Notes under the pieces: model-generated
Database searches by the model: none
The model's input: only the letters and a program-made list of their open reading frames with translations
What the model was told of the DNA's origin: nothing
Shown here: in pieces, positions 24,101 through 36,264 of the stretch
How positions within the stretch are numbered: position 1 is the stretch's first letter
Layout: every line of letters begins with the position of its first letter
Program-made: the position numbers and the translations under genes
Source: Minutocellus sp. GHC0000111
Taxonomy: Eukaryota
NCBI GenBank assembly: GCA_977018835.1
Contig: OZ361260.1
Span: 2,108,001-2,172,000, forward strand
Reading direction: 5' to 3'
Length of the DNA: 64,000 bases

Positions 24101-26633
24101 AGTAGATGGCGACATCGATGGAGAGTCCGAGTGTTGATTTGAAGGGCTTGCGGATGGACTATTTGTTGGCGACAACGTTGGGCTCGTCGTCGGACGACCA
24201 GTCGGTGCCAATGTCGGACGAGCCGAAGGTGCTTCGCTGGCCGTTTGTGTCGGTGATGAACTTGGACTAGCCGAGGGACTGGCACTTGGAGAGACTGAGG
24301 GCATCGGTGTTGGCGACCTTGTAGGCGAATCTGGCATATAAAGATAAAAGCAGAAACGAGAAATAGGTAGAGGAAGGTAGGGAGGAGGGAGTTAGTCGTT
24401 ATTCAAGAAGCACACGCGACCATGATATATAAATATATATATGGTAAAGTAAGATAAGATAAGCAACAAAAAACTTGATTCTGGCACTCACCTGTCTGCT
24501 CGGCTATAAATCCAATAAATTCCACTCGTTGGAGTGACGAGAAATGGTGAGGGTTGGCCTCTTGGAGCGTCGTTGTGAGGCTCTTGGATTGCTGTAAATT
24601 TGTAAAACTCATCAGCACCGCCAAGTCCAAGGTATCTGGATCAGGTAATAACGACGCATCATATGACCGCTTCACTCCGCTTCCGATGGATGGGACAGTA
24701 ACGTGGACAATTTTCATTATGCCAATATGAAGCGATTGCTCACCGGACGCAGCTCCATGTTTTGAATATAAAGTCCTTTTTGTCTCACCGATATCACCAT
24801 CGTGCAATAAATCCAACATTGCATCATCGACTGCATTTTCAACAGAAATTCCTCCATCGCCATTTCGCTCTCTGATAATATCCTCCGATGTCTCAACTTT
24901 CCTCCCTCCAGAATCTGAAACAATAAAAATGTGTTGAGTTCGACTTTTCTGTCCTCGCTTGGGCCCATTATATCGTCGAGATTTGCAACGATTTGGTTGT
25001 CCAGGACTGTACTGAGATCATTGATCGACTGAAAGTCCAACGACGATGACATTGGATATAAGTGCAATTCAAATAACTGACTCTCGAGTGTAATGGTAAT
25101 ACTGTCGGGAGAAGGACTGCCGCCAGAAGCTTCGACTTCGCCAGGAAGACCAATCGTTCTTGGTTTGGCCTGAAAAGGTTGAGGATCATCATAATTCAGC
25201 TGAATTCCATTTGTACCGCCACCACTAAGAACATAAGAAGTCTCAGGAAGATCATCTTCGTCTCTCCTAGGACAGCATGGCGACGCACTTGGATAAGGTG
25301 ACCCATTCTTCCAGCAAGAATATTGGCAGTACTCCTTTTCCCCTTCCTTACCCCACCATGATACGTCATTGTTGCACCGATTCGTCCATGCCCGCGAGTA
25401 CGTGGCACACGTTCTGCCCGTCTCTATCATGAATGCAGAAGGAATGTTTGTGCATTGTACGCACTTGTTCTCTTTTTTCGGATCGATTCCAGGATCCTTT
25501 GCTCCCAGTTTTGGGGGAGCTGCTGATGGGGTCAGGTTGGGAATGAACGCTTGAGTGAATGATTCACTCACAGTGTGCTGCACTGGTACATGCGCTCCAC
25601 AGGGGATACCGCAAGAGCACGGGCAGTGAGCGAGAAGATCTGCCACCTGCATATGAGAGTATCCAACTACTATGAACTGAGTGCAATCATATCCTTGGTA
25701 GGCATCGCATCTCAAACCATTGACGCATCTATAGTCACCATCATCTTGACAAGTTGGGCTCCATCCCGCATGACATGCGGTGGGGATATGGTGCTGAGTA
25801 GTGTAGGACGATGCACTGGCCTCGCCGCCATTCAGTCTTTCACGCAGTATTCCTCCCTTTGTCTTATCTGATGACATCAGTGGTGCCGACGATGATAAAG
25901 TTGTTGCAGGTAGGCCCAGGCCATTTAAACTCTCGTCCTCTGGGATATCTTGGAAAATCTTATCCCAATACACATAGCTCTTCTCCTCGCATTCGTCGAC
26001 GCCACAACTCTTCGGGCAGTTGAATATCAATTCGTCGACCAAAAGAGATGGAGCGGTCCTGCTTCCAATGCTTGGTGCTACAATATCATCCCTATCCTCT
26101 CTTGGGCAGCAAGGCGAGGTGCTGCGGTAGGGGGATCCATTCTTCCAGCAGGAGTACTGACAATATTCCAATTCGCCGTCCTTACCCCACCACGACCCCT
26201 CGCTGTTGCACCGCTTCGTCCATGCCCGCGAGTACGTGGCGCATGTTCTGTCCGTCTCCACCATGAATGAGGATGGTATGTTTGTACATGGAACACAGTC
26301 ACGGTCGCCATTGCCGTCGCCGTCGTTGTAAGTGTAGTAGGCTGCTCCGGCTTCTACATTTCGAAAGGAGTAGCAATCGAGGTCTGCAAATGCCTCACAA
26401 GATAAACCTCCAAGTCTACTCTTGTAGTTTGGATTGTCCACACAATGGTGATCATCCTTGGTGTGATGACGCTGTTGTCCTCCGATCGCATCTGGAGCGG
26501 CCTGGACCAGATCGCTAACGACAACTATGTATGCAGCTGACAGAGACAGAGCCGTGGCAGCGACGGCGGAAACCATGCTGGCGCCGCCGCCGCCGCCGCC
26601 GAATGCCTTCACTCTTGAGCGCTTCCTGGTCAT
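21170..26633 (-). pseudogene. Large secreted mucin-like surface protein (Cys modules, five copies of a ~140-aa domain, PTxSP linkers); introns 24331-24491 and 23215-23346; three frameshifts
   Basis: Signal-like N-terminus and consensus splice sites that keep the phase. Repeat homology continues across frame switches at ~24870, ~23655 and ~21305. Confidence 0.75.
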
Positions 26634-27019
26634 TATTTGGAGGGCTCTTGCGCCGTACAATGGCTATTCCTCGTACCAGCACGTGCACCGGGGAAGCTTT
26701 CTTGCCATGCATGCCTTTGGCACAGTTTGGGGGAACTGCGCAAGGGCTCAGATCAACGACTTTCTGCGGGGATAAATTACGATCTTCATGTCCGGATATT
26801 TTTTGTTACTCGCTACATGTTCTCTTTCGGTGTCGTCATTTCTATGTCGTACAGAAATCCAAAAAGGCCTTGCTCGCTCGCGCTCTCTGGCGATCGCTGG
26901 AAAAACGAAAAACGGCACAAGCTTGACTTACTGTTGTTTGCTCGGCAAGCACGGCACCTCTACCGCTGTCGCCACTGCTGCCACCGCTGCCAGACTTGTA
27001 TCTTTGTCTTGGATCAACA

Positions 27020-28703
27020 ATGGCATCGGAAGGTGAAGGATCGGTACCTACTGCCGAGTCCTCTCAAGTTGCCAAATTGAGCATCAAGGACGAGCTCGCT
27101 CTGCTCTCCAAATCGGGAAAGGTTGGAAATGCCAAGGGAAAATTCAAGGATGCTGGGTCCAGCGCTTCCTTCATGACGCCGGAGCAAGCCAAGGCCTTCC
27201 TTGCCGAGCAGAAGAATGCGAGCAAGAAGGGGACCGTCCAGCCCACTCCTCCGTCGGGCCTGTCGTCCGGCGAATTGGATTCGTGGTACTCGCAGCAGAA
27301 GGCGAAGCAGGCCGAGGCACGACGGAAGCGGGAGGAGGCCGAGGCCATTCTCAGAGGATACCGCGGTGCTTGGGATGGGAGCAAGAGCGGCGGCGGCGGT
27401 GGTGGATCGTCGGGATCACTCCCGCCGTCCGGTCCAGATGCTGGCCCTGATATTAGCGATGCTCGCGGTATGTTCCAATCCCTGGAACGACAAAGCAATG
27501 CGAGCAACTATGGCAAGAAATGGCGCAAACAGGGAGGCAGTTCGGAAGAGGAAAAGAAGAGTGAGATAGATTACATGAAGAAAAAGGAGGCCGAGTGGAG
27601 GCTCATCAACAATGGTAAGTTTTGGTACACTCTCTACTACCGGGTAGCCTACTTGGCAGAGGCCGGGGCGGGGACGTAACGATTTGATTTTGCTAATTGA
27701 TAATTTGTGTCAATTTTCAACTCCTCCTCCAGATCCTGGATCAAAGTATGCGCCTGAGACCGATCGCTACCATCTGTACGTGTCTCTTGCTTGTCCATGG
27801 TCGCATCGGGTACTCATGGTGCGAGCATTGAAAGGTTTGGAGGACGTCGTACCCACAACGGTGGTTTATCCTATATGGCAAAGAACGAGACCAGATGACC
27901 CATCGGATCCACACAAGGGGTGGGAATTTGCAAACGCCATTGACAGCGAAGCACCGCTTACCAACACGGATGGGGTTGGCGGACCTTTTCCCTCTGCATT
28001 CGATCGAAACGAAGCGGATCCCATCCTCGGTTGCAAAAGCATTCGGGACCTCTGCGAGCAGGCCGGTGATGCGGACGGAAAGGACACCGTCCCAATTCTA
28101 TGGGATAAGAAGACCGGTACAATTGTTTCCAAGGAATCGCTCCAGATTACGAAAATGTTGAATGATTGCTTCAACGACTTTGCCAAGAACACGTCGCTGG
28201 ACCTATACCCCCTTGTCGAACGGGCCAAGATTGATGCAATGGGAGACTTGATTTTCCATCTGTCGAACGGTGTGTATCGAGTCGGCTTTGCCAAAACACA
28301 GAAGGACTATGAAGAATCGTTGGATGCAGTCGAAATGGCGTTCGATAAGATCGAAACAATCCTGAGCAGCCAGAGATACATGTGCGGCGATCAAATGACA
28401 GAGGCTGATGTGAGACTGTTTGTCACCTTGATTCGCTTTGATGAGATCTATTCGATCTACTTCAAGTGCACCACCAGGTCAGTGATGGCGTCACAGATCT
28501 TGATGGATTACTGCCGCGATATTTACCAGACTGGCAACATCCGCGATACAATCGACATGGAACAGGCCCAGGCGCACTATTATTGTTCCCACCCCGAACT
28601 GAACAAATATTCCATCATTCCCCGCAGCAAAGGCTTCGTGAAGAAGCTGGAAGAACCTCACGATAGAGCCAGCCTATCGCCATCATCAAACGAGAAGAAA
28701 TGA
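27020..28703 (+). CDS. Glutathionyl-hydroquinone reductase / omega-like GST (ECM4/YqjG family) with ~200-aa N-terminal extension; intron 27615-27732
   Basis: RYHLYVSLACPWSHR, TVPILWDKK, NGVYRVGFA, TEADVRLFVTLIRFD, HYYCSH. Confidence 0.9.
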
Positions 28704-29306
28704 ATCTACAGTATGCGGTGACCAACCAACGCTAGCTAGATGAGCCTTGAACAAAGTTTAAGTTTCGAGGTCTCATCAAATGTACTTGGTTAGTACACAG
28801 GACATACACCACGATGCAGCCTAGAGATAGAGACTACCTGTACCTCTCCACGATCAAAATTTCACAAAAATGTAGTGCTTAGAATTTAATGTCAGTTGCT
28901 AAAAGATACATACAATACTCGGCCGGGATATTTGAGGGAGCACAGCATAGTGGCCCGCCCAATTGTTTTGCAGATAGGAATAACGCCACTGAAAAAGAGT
29001 CGGAAAAAAGGAAGTGGCACCAATCCAGCCAGCCAGCAGTCCGATCATGACGATCATATGCATAAATAGAATTTGTCATCCCACAACAACCTTGATTATG
29101 AACCGATATCCAATGCCCCAAATATGTTGATGATCGGACAACTAGATCCAATTGATCGCCCTTGACAGGGAGCGGATGAATCGAGTTCAATTTGTCCGAC
29201 TCGACTCACCGACCGACAGCTGCCGACCGACCGACATGCCTCAATAACAATTATTTGTCCGACAGACACTTCTCCAGCACCACAAACCCCAGGCTGGCCA
29301 CACGCA

Positions 29307-29576
29307 CTACGCCGTCCGAAGCGGCGGACTGACTAAAACGACGATATCGCCCCTCACAAAGAGCATCCCAACCTGCCGGGTGGCCTTCTTCACGATCTCC
29401 TCGTCGGTCTCCTCGTCGATCTCGTACGACGTTACGGTCTCCTCCACCTCCCCCAAGACCATGTTGAGGTGCTGGTCGAAAGCGTGGAGCTTGCCGCGCA
29501 ACTCCCGGTCGTTGCGACACTTGACGTACACCCGCTCGTCTATGGAGAGGCGGATAAGGTCGAGAGGTTCCTCCAT
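29307..29576 (-). CDS. LSM3: U6 snRNA-associated Sm-like protein LSm3
   Basis: [41 protein letters not shown]...LFVRGD matches LSm3. Confidence 0.95.
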   Translation of the reverse strand: MEEPLDLIRLSIDERVYVKCRNDRELRGKLHAFDQHLNMVLGEVEETVTSYEIDEETDEEIVKKATRQVGMLFVRGDIVVLVSPPLRTA

Positions 29577-29803
29577 CGTTGCTTCGCCGTAAGGTATGAA
29601 GTCTTCAATTCAACCCTTCGCCTTCCTTGGCAACTCAACGGGTTGAAGGACAGACAGATTCATTCCACGCTCCACGCGAGTAGAGTGAGTCACGCGAGCT
29701 ACCTAGGTACGTAGCTTCCACGCGGCACATCACACACTACGAGTACATCACGTGCAAGATACCCTCATTTCGGGCCTTGCTTTGCCTTGCGCACTTGAGA
29801 ACG

Positions 29804-32800
29804 ATGACCGCCCGCCCAAGCGCGCGTTACGTCCTCCTTCTTGGCCTCCTGGGCCTGCTCAGCCATGGCCCTACCCTCTCCTTCGCCGTTGATCGGTCCA
29901 AGTTCAGGACCTGCGCCCAGACAAGTTTCTGTCGTCGCCACCGCAATGGACATTCGGAGAGTCTCTACAAATACAAGCTGACGGAGTGGAAGTTCCACGA
30001 ATATCAGCAGGAGGGTGGAGCAACCAGCGACGGAAGGGGGGAGGAGGTGGTGGGAGCCGATGGGTCCGAAACAGCAGCGGTCGCCGCGGATGCAGGAGAT
30101 GGCAGTGCCGCCACGGCCTCTGGCGGAGGCATATGGAACTCCGTCGTCTCTCGCGTCCTTGGCGGTAGTGGGGGCAAGAAGTCGGACGGACCTCTTGACC
30201 CGTATGTTCGCGGTCCGACGGCCTCCCTCACGGCGACTCTTGTCAATACCTCTCCCACTACCAGCACGGGAGTTGGTGAATCACTCAACCTTGAGGTTCG
30301 GTTGCACTCCGATGGAGTTGCACGGGTCCGTGTGATGGAAAAGTACGGGACGGCGGGTACCAAGTACGAAACGGCTCGCTGGACCAGCGATGAGCTCATC
30401 CTCAACGAGAAGGAGATGGTCGGCGCGACTGATGCCCAAATCTTGACTGCATCTACCAATGGCGATGTTCTGTCCGAGGTGGTTGGCAAGGTCTTCACAC
30501 CAACGCCCGACCAATCCCAGGCCGACATGACCAACTACGTTGGTCTTCGGTATGGCGGTGACGACCACGTCCTTCTTCTTCGGATGGAACCCTTCAGTTT
30601 CTACCTCTTTCGCCGCTCTGGCGACGAATCATCGTATGGCATGCCCATCGTGACCGTGGGTGAGAGAGGACTGGCGCACTTTGAGATCCGCCGAGCCAAG
30701 GAGGGCGATGAGGCCGGCGCGGCAGCCGGCGATGATGGGGGCAATTCCGACGCGGTTCTGATGGATGACGACGATTACATCCCCCCCGAGGATGATGAAG
30801 AGGATGGCGAGGAAGACAAAGCGCCCGTCGATGAGCCAGAGGACAAGCACGGAGGAAAAGAAATCGTGGGATATTGGGAGGATGGTCTCGCCATCTATGC
30901 CGACGGAACTCGCGAGGAACGACCCGTGGAAGATGAGGCAGAGGCCGAACATCGGAAGCTGCTCGAAGAGCAATCTCCTGATCTGGATCGGGAGGGACTC
31001 TGGGAGGAGAGCTTTGGTGGCCACACCGATTCCAAACCGTACGGGCCCATGTCCGTGGGTATGGACATTAAGTTTCCCGGGTCGTCTCATATCTTTGGAC
31101 TTCCGGAGCATGCTTCAAGCACCAAACTCCAGACGACGCATGGGCCAGAGGCCAAATACCACGATCCTTACCGTCTTTACAATCTCGACGTATTTGAGTA
31201 CGAATTGGATGAGACGATGGCATTGTATGGTGAAATTCCCGTCATCATCAGCCAAAGTCTTTCCGGAGGTGGTGCGGGAATCTTCTGGTTCAACCCTACC
31301 GAAACATTTGTCGATGTGTACGGTCCCAACGATGATGGTGGCGTCAGTGATGCCGCAGGACATGGAACGACAACTCACTTCATGTCCGAATCGGGAATCA
31401 TGGACCTGTTCCTCCTTCCTGGACCCGATCCTCATTCCCTCTATGAGCAGTATGGACGTCTCACGGGCAGGGTTTCTCTCCCTCCCATGTTTTCTCTTGG
31501 GTATCATCAGTGTCGATGGAACTACCGAGATGAGCCTGATGTGTACGCCGTTCATGCCAAGTTCGAAGAGCTGGACTATCCATACGATGTTCTATGGCTC
31601 GATATTGAGCACACTGATGGCAAGCGCTACTTCACTTGGGATCACAACACCTTTCCCAATCCAGTGGACATGCAGAAGAAGCTTGACAGCCAGGGGAGGC
31701 GGATGGTGACCATTATCGATCCTCACATTAAGCGCGACAATAATTATTATATCCACAAGGAGGCGACAGCCAAGGGACTGTATATCAAGGATAAGTCCGG
31801 TTCCAAAGACTTTGACGGCTGGTGTTGGCCAGGCTCGTCGTCCTATCTGGACTTCACCGCTGATAAGGTCCGATCCTGGTGGGCAGAACAGTTTGCATAC
31901 GATCGCTACAAGGGATCGACCCCAGCCCTCTTTACTTGGAATGACATGAACGAACCCTCTGTCTTCAACGGTCCAGAAGTTAGCATGCAAAAGGATCTGC
32001 GTAACCTCGCTGGAGTTGAGCACAGAGAATGGCACAATCTTTACGGATTGCTCTTTCAGCGCGCGACAGCCTCTGGGCTTATTCGACGAAATCCCGAGAA
32101 GAACATCCGCCCCTTTGTCCTTAGCCGTTCCTTCTTTGCAGGATCGCAGCGCTATGGTGCGATTTGGACTGGAGATAATGCTGCCGAATGGTCTCACCTC
32201 GAAGCAGCTGCGCCGATGCTTCTCAGTCTCAACGTAGGTGCCCTTTCCTTCGTCGGGGCAGACGTGGGCGGCTTCTTCGGTGATCCTGATGCCGAGCTCA
32301 TGACGAGGTGGATGCAAGCTGGGGCTTACACTCCTTTCTTTCGTGGTCATGCGCACCACGACAGTAAGCGCCGGGAACCATGGATGTTCGGCGATGAGAC
32401 CATGATTCGCCTTCGAAAGGCGGCCATGGCTCGTTACGCCCTACTCCCGTTTTGGTACACCATCTTCCAAGATGCGTCCGTGACTGGTATGCCCGTCATG
32501 CGAACCATGTGGATGGAGTATCCGAGGACCGAAGCTCTCTTTGCCACCGACGACCAGTATTTGGTTGGATCTGATTTACTTATAAAGCCAGTAACCGGAG
32601 CTGGTGTGACGGAGACAACTGTTCTTTTCCCAACTGCTGATACTTGGTACGATGTCGACACAATGGAGCGCGTTGCCGCTGAGGGGCAGAAGGACGGTGT
32701 GCAATCCATCACTGTTGCTAGTGACATCGATAAAATTCCAGTCTACCAACGTGGAGGTTCCATCATCCCAAGGAAGCTTCGTTTGCGCAGATCAGCTCGT

Positions 32801-33211
32801 CTAATGAAGACTGATCCGTACACCCTGTACATCGCTCTCGACGGATCGGGGAAAGCAAAAGGAAATCTGTACATGGACGACGAAGAGACCTTTGCGCACG
32901 AAAGGAGTGGAGAGTATGGCCTCGCTACCTTTTCTGTTGATTTGCAGAGCAGCTCTGGCTCTGGGAAGATGCAGAATGACGTAACTCTGGGGGAAGGATG
33001 GAAGGACGATAGCACAAGAGAAGCTCTTGTCGAAGGCAGAAACATCGAGCGCATTATTATCATGGGGCTGTCTCGTCCTCCGAAGAAAATTAAGGACAAC
33101 AATGCATCGAATCCGGTTGAGTTTGAGTTCGATGCAACAACCAAGATTCTCATTGTCAAGAGGCCGGGTGTTTCGGCACTATCTGACTGGTCTTTTGTCT
33201 TTGAGTTTTGA
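29804..33211 (+). CDS. GANAB: Glucosidase II alpha subunit (GH31)
   Basis: Signal peptide, VDRSKFRTCAQTSFCRR, YRLYNLDVFEY, WLDIEH, WNDMNEP (nucleophile), WTGDN, FFRGHAH. Confidence 0.95.
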   Translation: MTARPSARYVLLLGLLGLLSHGPTLSFAVDRSKFRTCAQTSFCRRHRNGHSESLYKYKLTEWKFHEYQQEGGATSDGRGEEVVGADGSETAAVAADAGDGSAATASGGGIWNSVVSRVLGGSGGKKSDGPLDPYVRGPTASLTATLVNTSPTTSTGVGESLNLEVRLHSDGVARVRVMEKYGTAGTKYETARWTSDELILNEKEMVGATDAQILTASTNGDVLSEVVGKVFTPTPDQSQADMTNYVGLRYGGDDHVLLLRMEPFSFYLFRRSGDESSYGMPIVTVGERGLAHFEIRRAKEGDEAGAAAGDDGGNSDAVLMDDDDYIPPEDDEEDGEEDKAPVDEPEDKHGGKEIVGYWEDGLAIYADGTREERPVEDEAEAEHRKLLEEQSPDLDREGLWEESFGGHTDSKPYGPMSVGMDIKFPGSSHIFGLPEHASSTKLQTTHGPEAKYHDPYRLYNLDVFEYELDETMALYGEIPVIISQSLSGGGAGIFWFNPTETFVDVYGPNDDGGVSDAAGHGTTTHFMSESGIMDLFLLPGPDPHSLYEQYGRLTGRVSLPPMFSLGYHQCRWNYRDEPDVYAVHAKFEELDYPYDVLWLDIEHTDGKRYFTWDHNTFPNPVDMQKKLDSQGRRMVTIIDPHIKRDNNYYIHKEATAKGLYIKDKSGSKDFDGWCWPGSSSYLDFTADKVRSWWAEQFAYDRYKGSTPALFTWNDMNEPSVFNGPEVSMQKDLRNLAGVEHREWHNLYGLLFQRATASGLIRRNPEKNIRPFVLSRSFFAGSQRYGAIWTGDNAAEWSHLEAAAPMLLSLNVGALSFVGADVGGFFGDPDAELMTRWMQAGAYTPFFRGHAHHDSKRREPWMFGDETMIRLRKAAMARYALLPFWYTIFQDASVTGMPVMRTMWMEYPRTEALFATDDQYLVGSDLLIKPVTGAGVTETTVLFPTADTWYDVDTMERVAAEGQKDGVQSITVASDIDKIPVYQRGGSIIPRKLRLRRSARLMKTDPYTLYIALDGSGKAKGNLYMDDEETFAHERSGEYGLATFSVDLQSSSGSGKMQNDVTLGEGWKDDSTREALVEGRNIERIIIMGLSRPPKKIKDNNASNPVEFEFDATTKILIVKRPGVSALSDWSFVFEF

Positions 33212-33403
33212 AATCAGCGTTAGATGTAGAGTACGCCGGCTCTTTTGTAGCCAGTACATGTTCCTACAGTAGCCAAATCTTACTACATATTCAGTAACGA
33301 TCAGGCTCTACGCAGTGTCTCGCTTCGTATAAGCGATTAATCATACAAGCTACGTAGCTAGAGTAGTCTAGCTAGACATTTTACTGGCATTTAGATGCGT
33401 GTA

Positions 33404-34444
33404 TTACGGATCAAGCACTTCAACACCGTCGTCAGCAGTGCCGGGAGTGGCAGAATTGGCAGCAGTAGTTACCTCACAATCTGACATGGTCTCGTCGCGC
33501 GACATAGTTCCGTCGCTATCGTCGCCTTTGCCTCCATCACTAGACAACGAGTTCGCACACTTTCGATAGAGATGAAAGGCTATGAAAGCAGCAACGAGCA
33601 TGGAAACAGAAACGATGAATTTCACCGCTGTCTTGGACACTCTACCGCTGGTTTCGGGGGGAACGAAGTAACTGTCATTATCATTTGGCGTGACGGGCAT
33701 CATATCATCGTTTGCTTCTTGCTTGGGAGAGGAAAGACTGGTAGTGGCAGTAGTAGTAGTAGTAGTAGTAGTGGCAGTAGTAGTAGAAGTACCGGATTGC
33801 TCTTCTTTTGTCGCTTCCTTCTTGAGCAAGTCAACTTCTTCTTCCTCCTCTTCTTGTACAGCTTCTTGAACTACTGCTACCACTTCTTGTTCAACGGATC
33901 CTTCCTCGTCTTCTATCAATGATGGATTTGAGCGGAGACTTGGGCTCTTGGTGGTCTTTGCTGTGGGTGCACGGGTTGGCGAGGACGTAGGGGCTGCCGT
34001 CGGACTAGCAGTGGGTGCATTGGTTTTGGTAGGGACCGGTGCGTCTGGTGTTGTTGACGATTCTATATTCTCTGGTAGGACTTCATTCTCGGTCTGGTCG
34101 GTACTTTCTGCCTCTTGCTGAATGGTGTAGCCAGGAGTGGCGATCTCCTTGATCATATCGACCGATAAAGGCTTGGTCTTGATCATATTTCCTTCGGTCG
34201 CATTGCATTGGCAATCTTTGCATGCGCATGGACAGTTATTTACGAGCTCCTGGACCTCGCGGTCCGTCATTCCTAGCAAACCAAACTGGCGGCAGTCAAG
34301 ACCGCCAGCCGCAATAGTCGTGCATGGAATTCCGAGTCGGGTTTTGAAGGCGGGATTGTCGACTGCGGCGGTGACACCGGACGCGGATGCCAAGAACAGG
34401 ACAGCAGCACAGCGAAGGAACGATGAAGGCGAATGGGAAGACAT
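33404..34444 (-). CDS. Type I membrane protein with one 6-Cys module and a Thr/Pro-rich stalk
   Basis: Signal peptide, DNPAFKTRLGIPC..LDC..FG..EVQELVNNCPCAC, TM FIVSVSMLVAAFIAFHLY. A (GTA)n tract at ~33741-33787 encodes poly-Thr. Confidence 0.8.
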   Translation of the reverse strand: MSSHSPSSFLRCAAVLFLASASGVTAAVDNPAFKTRLGIPCTTIAAGGLDCRQFGLLGMTDREVQELVNNCPCACKDCQCNATEGNMIKTKPLSVDMIKEIATPGYTIQQEAESTDQTENEVLPENIESSTTPDAPVPTKTNAPTASPTAAPTSSPTRAPTAKTTKSPSLRSNPSLIEDEEGSVEQEVVAVVQEAVQEEEEEEVDLLKKEATKEEQSGTSTTTATTTTTTTTATTSLSSPKQEANDDMMPVTPNDNDSYFVPPETSGRVSKTAVKFIVSVSMLVAAFIAFHLYRKCANSLSSDGGKGDDSDGTMSRDETMSDCEVTTAANSATPGTADDGVEVLDP

Positions 34445-34831
34445 GGTGTAAATTACTCTAGCTAGAGGAGAAGGAGTGGCGATATGCAACTTGGCACTGA
34501 TCAACACTGCGATGAGTTCGTTTGTGCTAGGAAAGTGGTGGTAATGTCACGTGAGCGAGAGGAAATGTCATTCAGCTTGGAGTGAGATGGGATCGCAACA
34601 TCGCAGATGACCCGGCCGGCGACCAACATCTTGCGTTTGCAGTAATTTCCGATATTAAAATCACGCAGGCATGTCTTTTTCGTCCCAAAATTGCGATTTT
34701 TTTCACTCGCGTCCCGATGGTGATGATTGACCAACCAACTATTGTCATGACTTACAAGTAAGTAGACGCTCACTTTTCGATAAATTGATATCTTACAAGT
34801 GCATTTTGCACTGACAGCATCATCAACTACC

Positions 34832-36155
34832 ATGGCTACCAAGGCAGCATGTGCGTTTGTGCTTGCAATATCTTTCAATTCATCGACTGCCTCCGCCTCT
34901 CTCTTGGCCACGGCTTCGGCCTCATCTGCTACATCGGCGAACACGCAACACCTTCTTCGAAAACGAACAAATGCAAAGCGAAGGAAGCTACTGCATAACA
35001 ACGTACAAAACTCCCCTACTAGTACCGGCAGAGCGTCACGAAGAGGACTTTGCCTCGACGATGCGTCGTACCGATCCAAAATTGGATTTACTTGCAAGGC
35101 TATTCGGCAGGCAGGTCTCAATTGCGATGGGTTTGCTGACCTTGGATTTACACCAGACGAGACGGACCAACTCAAAATGTCATGTCCAAACGCCTGCGGG
35201 CGCTGCACCGATGAAATGAATCAATCGCTTTCAATATCGACTGTCGCCCCAACCTCCACACCAACAAACACCCCGTCGATGGCTCCTACAAGTACAACAT
35301 CAAGACCAACACTTACGAACTCGGGTATGGGAAAATGCTTTGATGACAGTTGCACCGACGATCCTTTGTATGTTGGAAAATACAATATTGATTGCGAGGT
35401 TGTGAGATCGGGAACATTTGACTGCACAAACTTTGGAGTAATGAATTATGTGAGTTCGGAAAGTATTCAAAGAGGATCGACGTCTTAAATATTGTGCCGG
35501 CAGCGCGGAGTATTATTGTTGATATAGTTGTTCTTGAGCCTAATCTCTCTTTGATGCATGTTTTCCTAACTCGAACAATCCTCAGGATGACGACGAAGTT
35601 GCTGAGCTCATTGCAAAATGTCCTTGTGCATGCAATATTGATTACATAGCATCTGATGCACCCAGCGGGATGCCATCACTCCCTCCAACCCACAAACTAA
35701 TGTCTGCAGCACCTTCTACTCATCCTACATCGCACCCATCTGCATCACCTTCGGCATCCCCGTCAGCAGAGCCAAGTTTCGCACCTTCGTCGTCTCCTAG
35801 CGCGCCTGAATCGGCTTCACCAACCATGTCACCTGCGGTGACTTCGCCAACCATGTCACCTGTGACTTTCTCGTCGTCTCCAAGCATAAATGAATCGGCA
35901 TCGCCAAGCACATCGCCCAGCTTGAATCCTACGACATCACACTCTAATGCTCCATCTCGATCACCGGTGAGCCCGGCACCATCTACTAATCCAACCATGC
36001 CGCCCACAGCATTGCCGTTAGCCAATCCTATGGTATCGAATGCATCGGCGAAGCAAACAGCTGCGTTCCTTTCTCTGTGCTTCGTGCTCATGTCATCGTT
36101 GGTAACTCAGATCGTTTTCTTTTTGATTACGATTTCCTCATTGCTTTGCTATTGA
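34832..36155 (+). CDS. Secreted, probably GPI-anchored protein with two 6-Cys modules and PSxSP repeats; intron 35450-35585
   Basis: Signal peptide, RRKL and RRGL motifs, CLDDASY..C..C..CPNACGRC and CTDDPLY..|DDDEVAELIAKCPCAC, hydrophobic C-terminus. Confidence 0.8.
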
Positions 36156-36264
36156 TCGATCGAAGGACTTTGTAGTACGATAGAAGGCATAACATTTGTA
36201 CATATCTGTAAGGTATCGTATGCATGTACGTAAATATAGTTGAGAAATTCGTCTACCTAAATTT

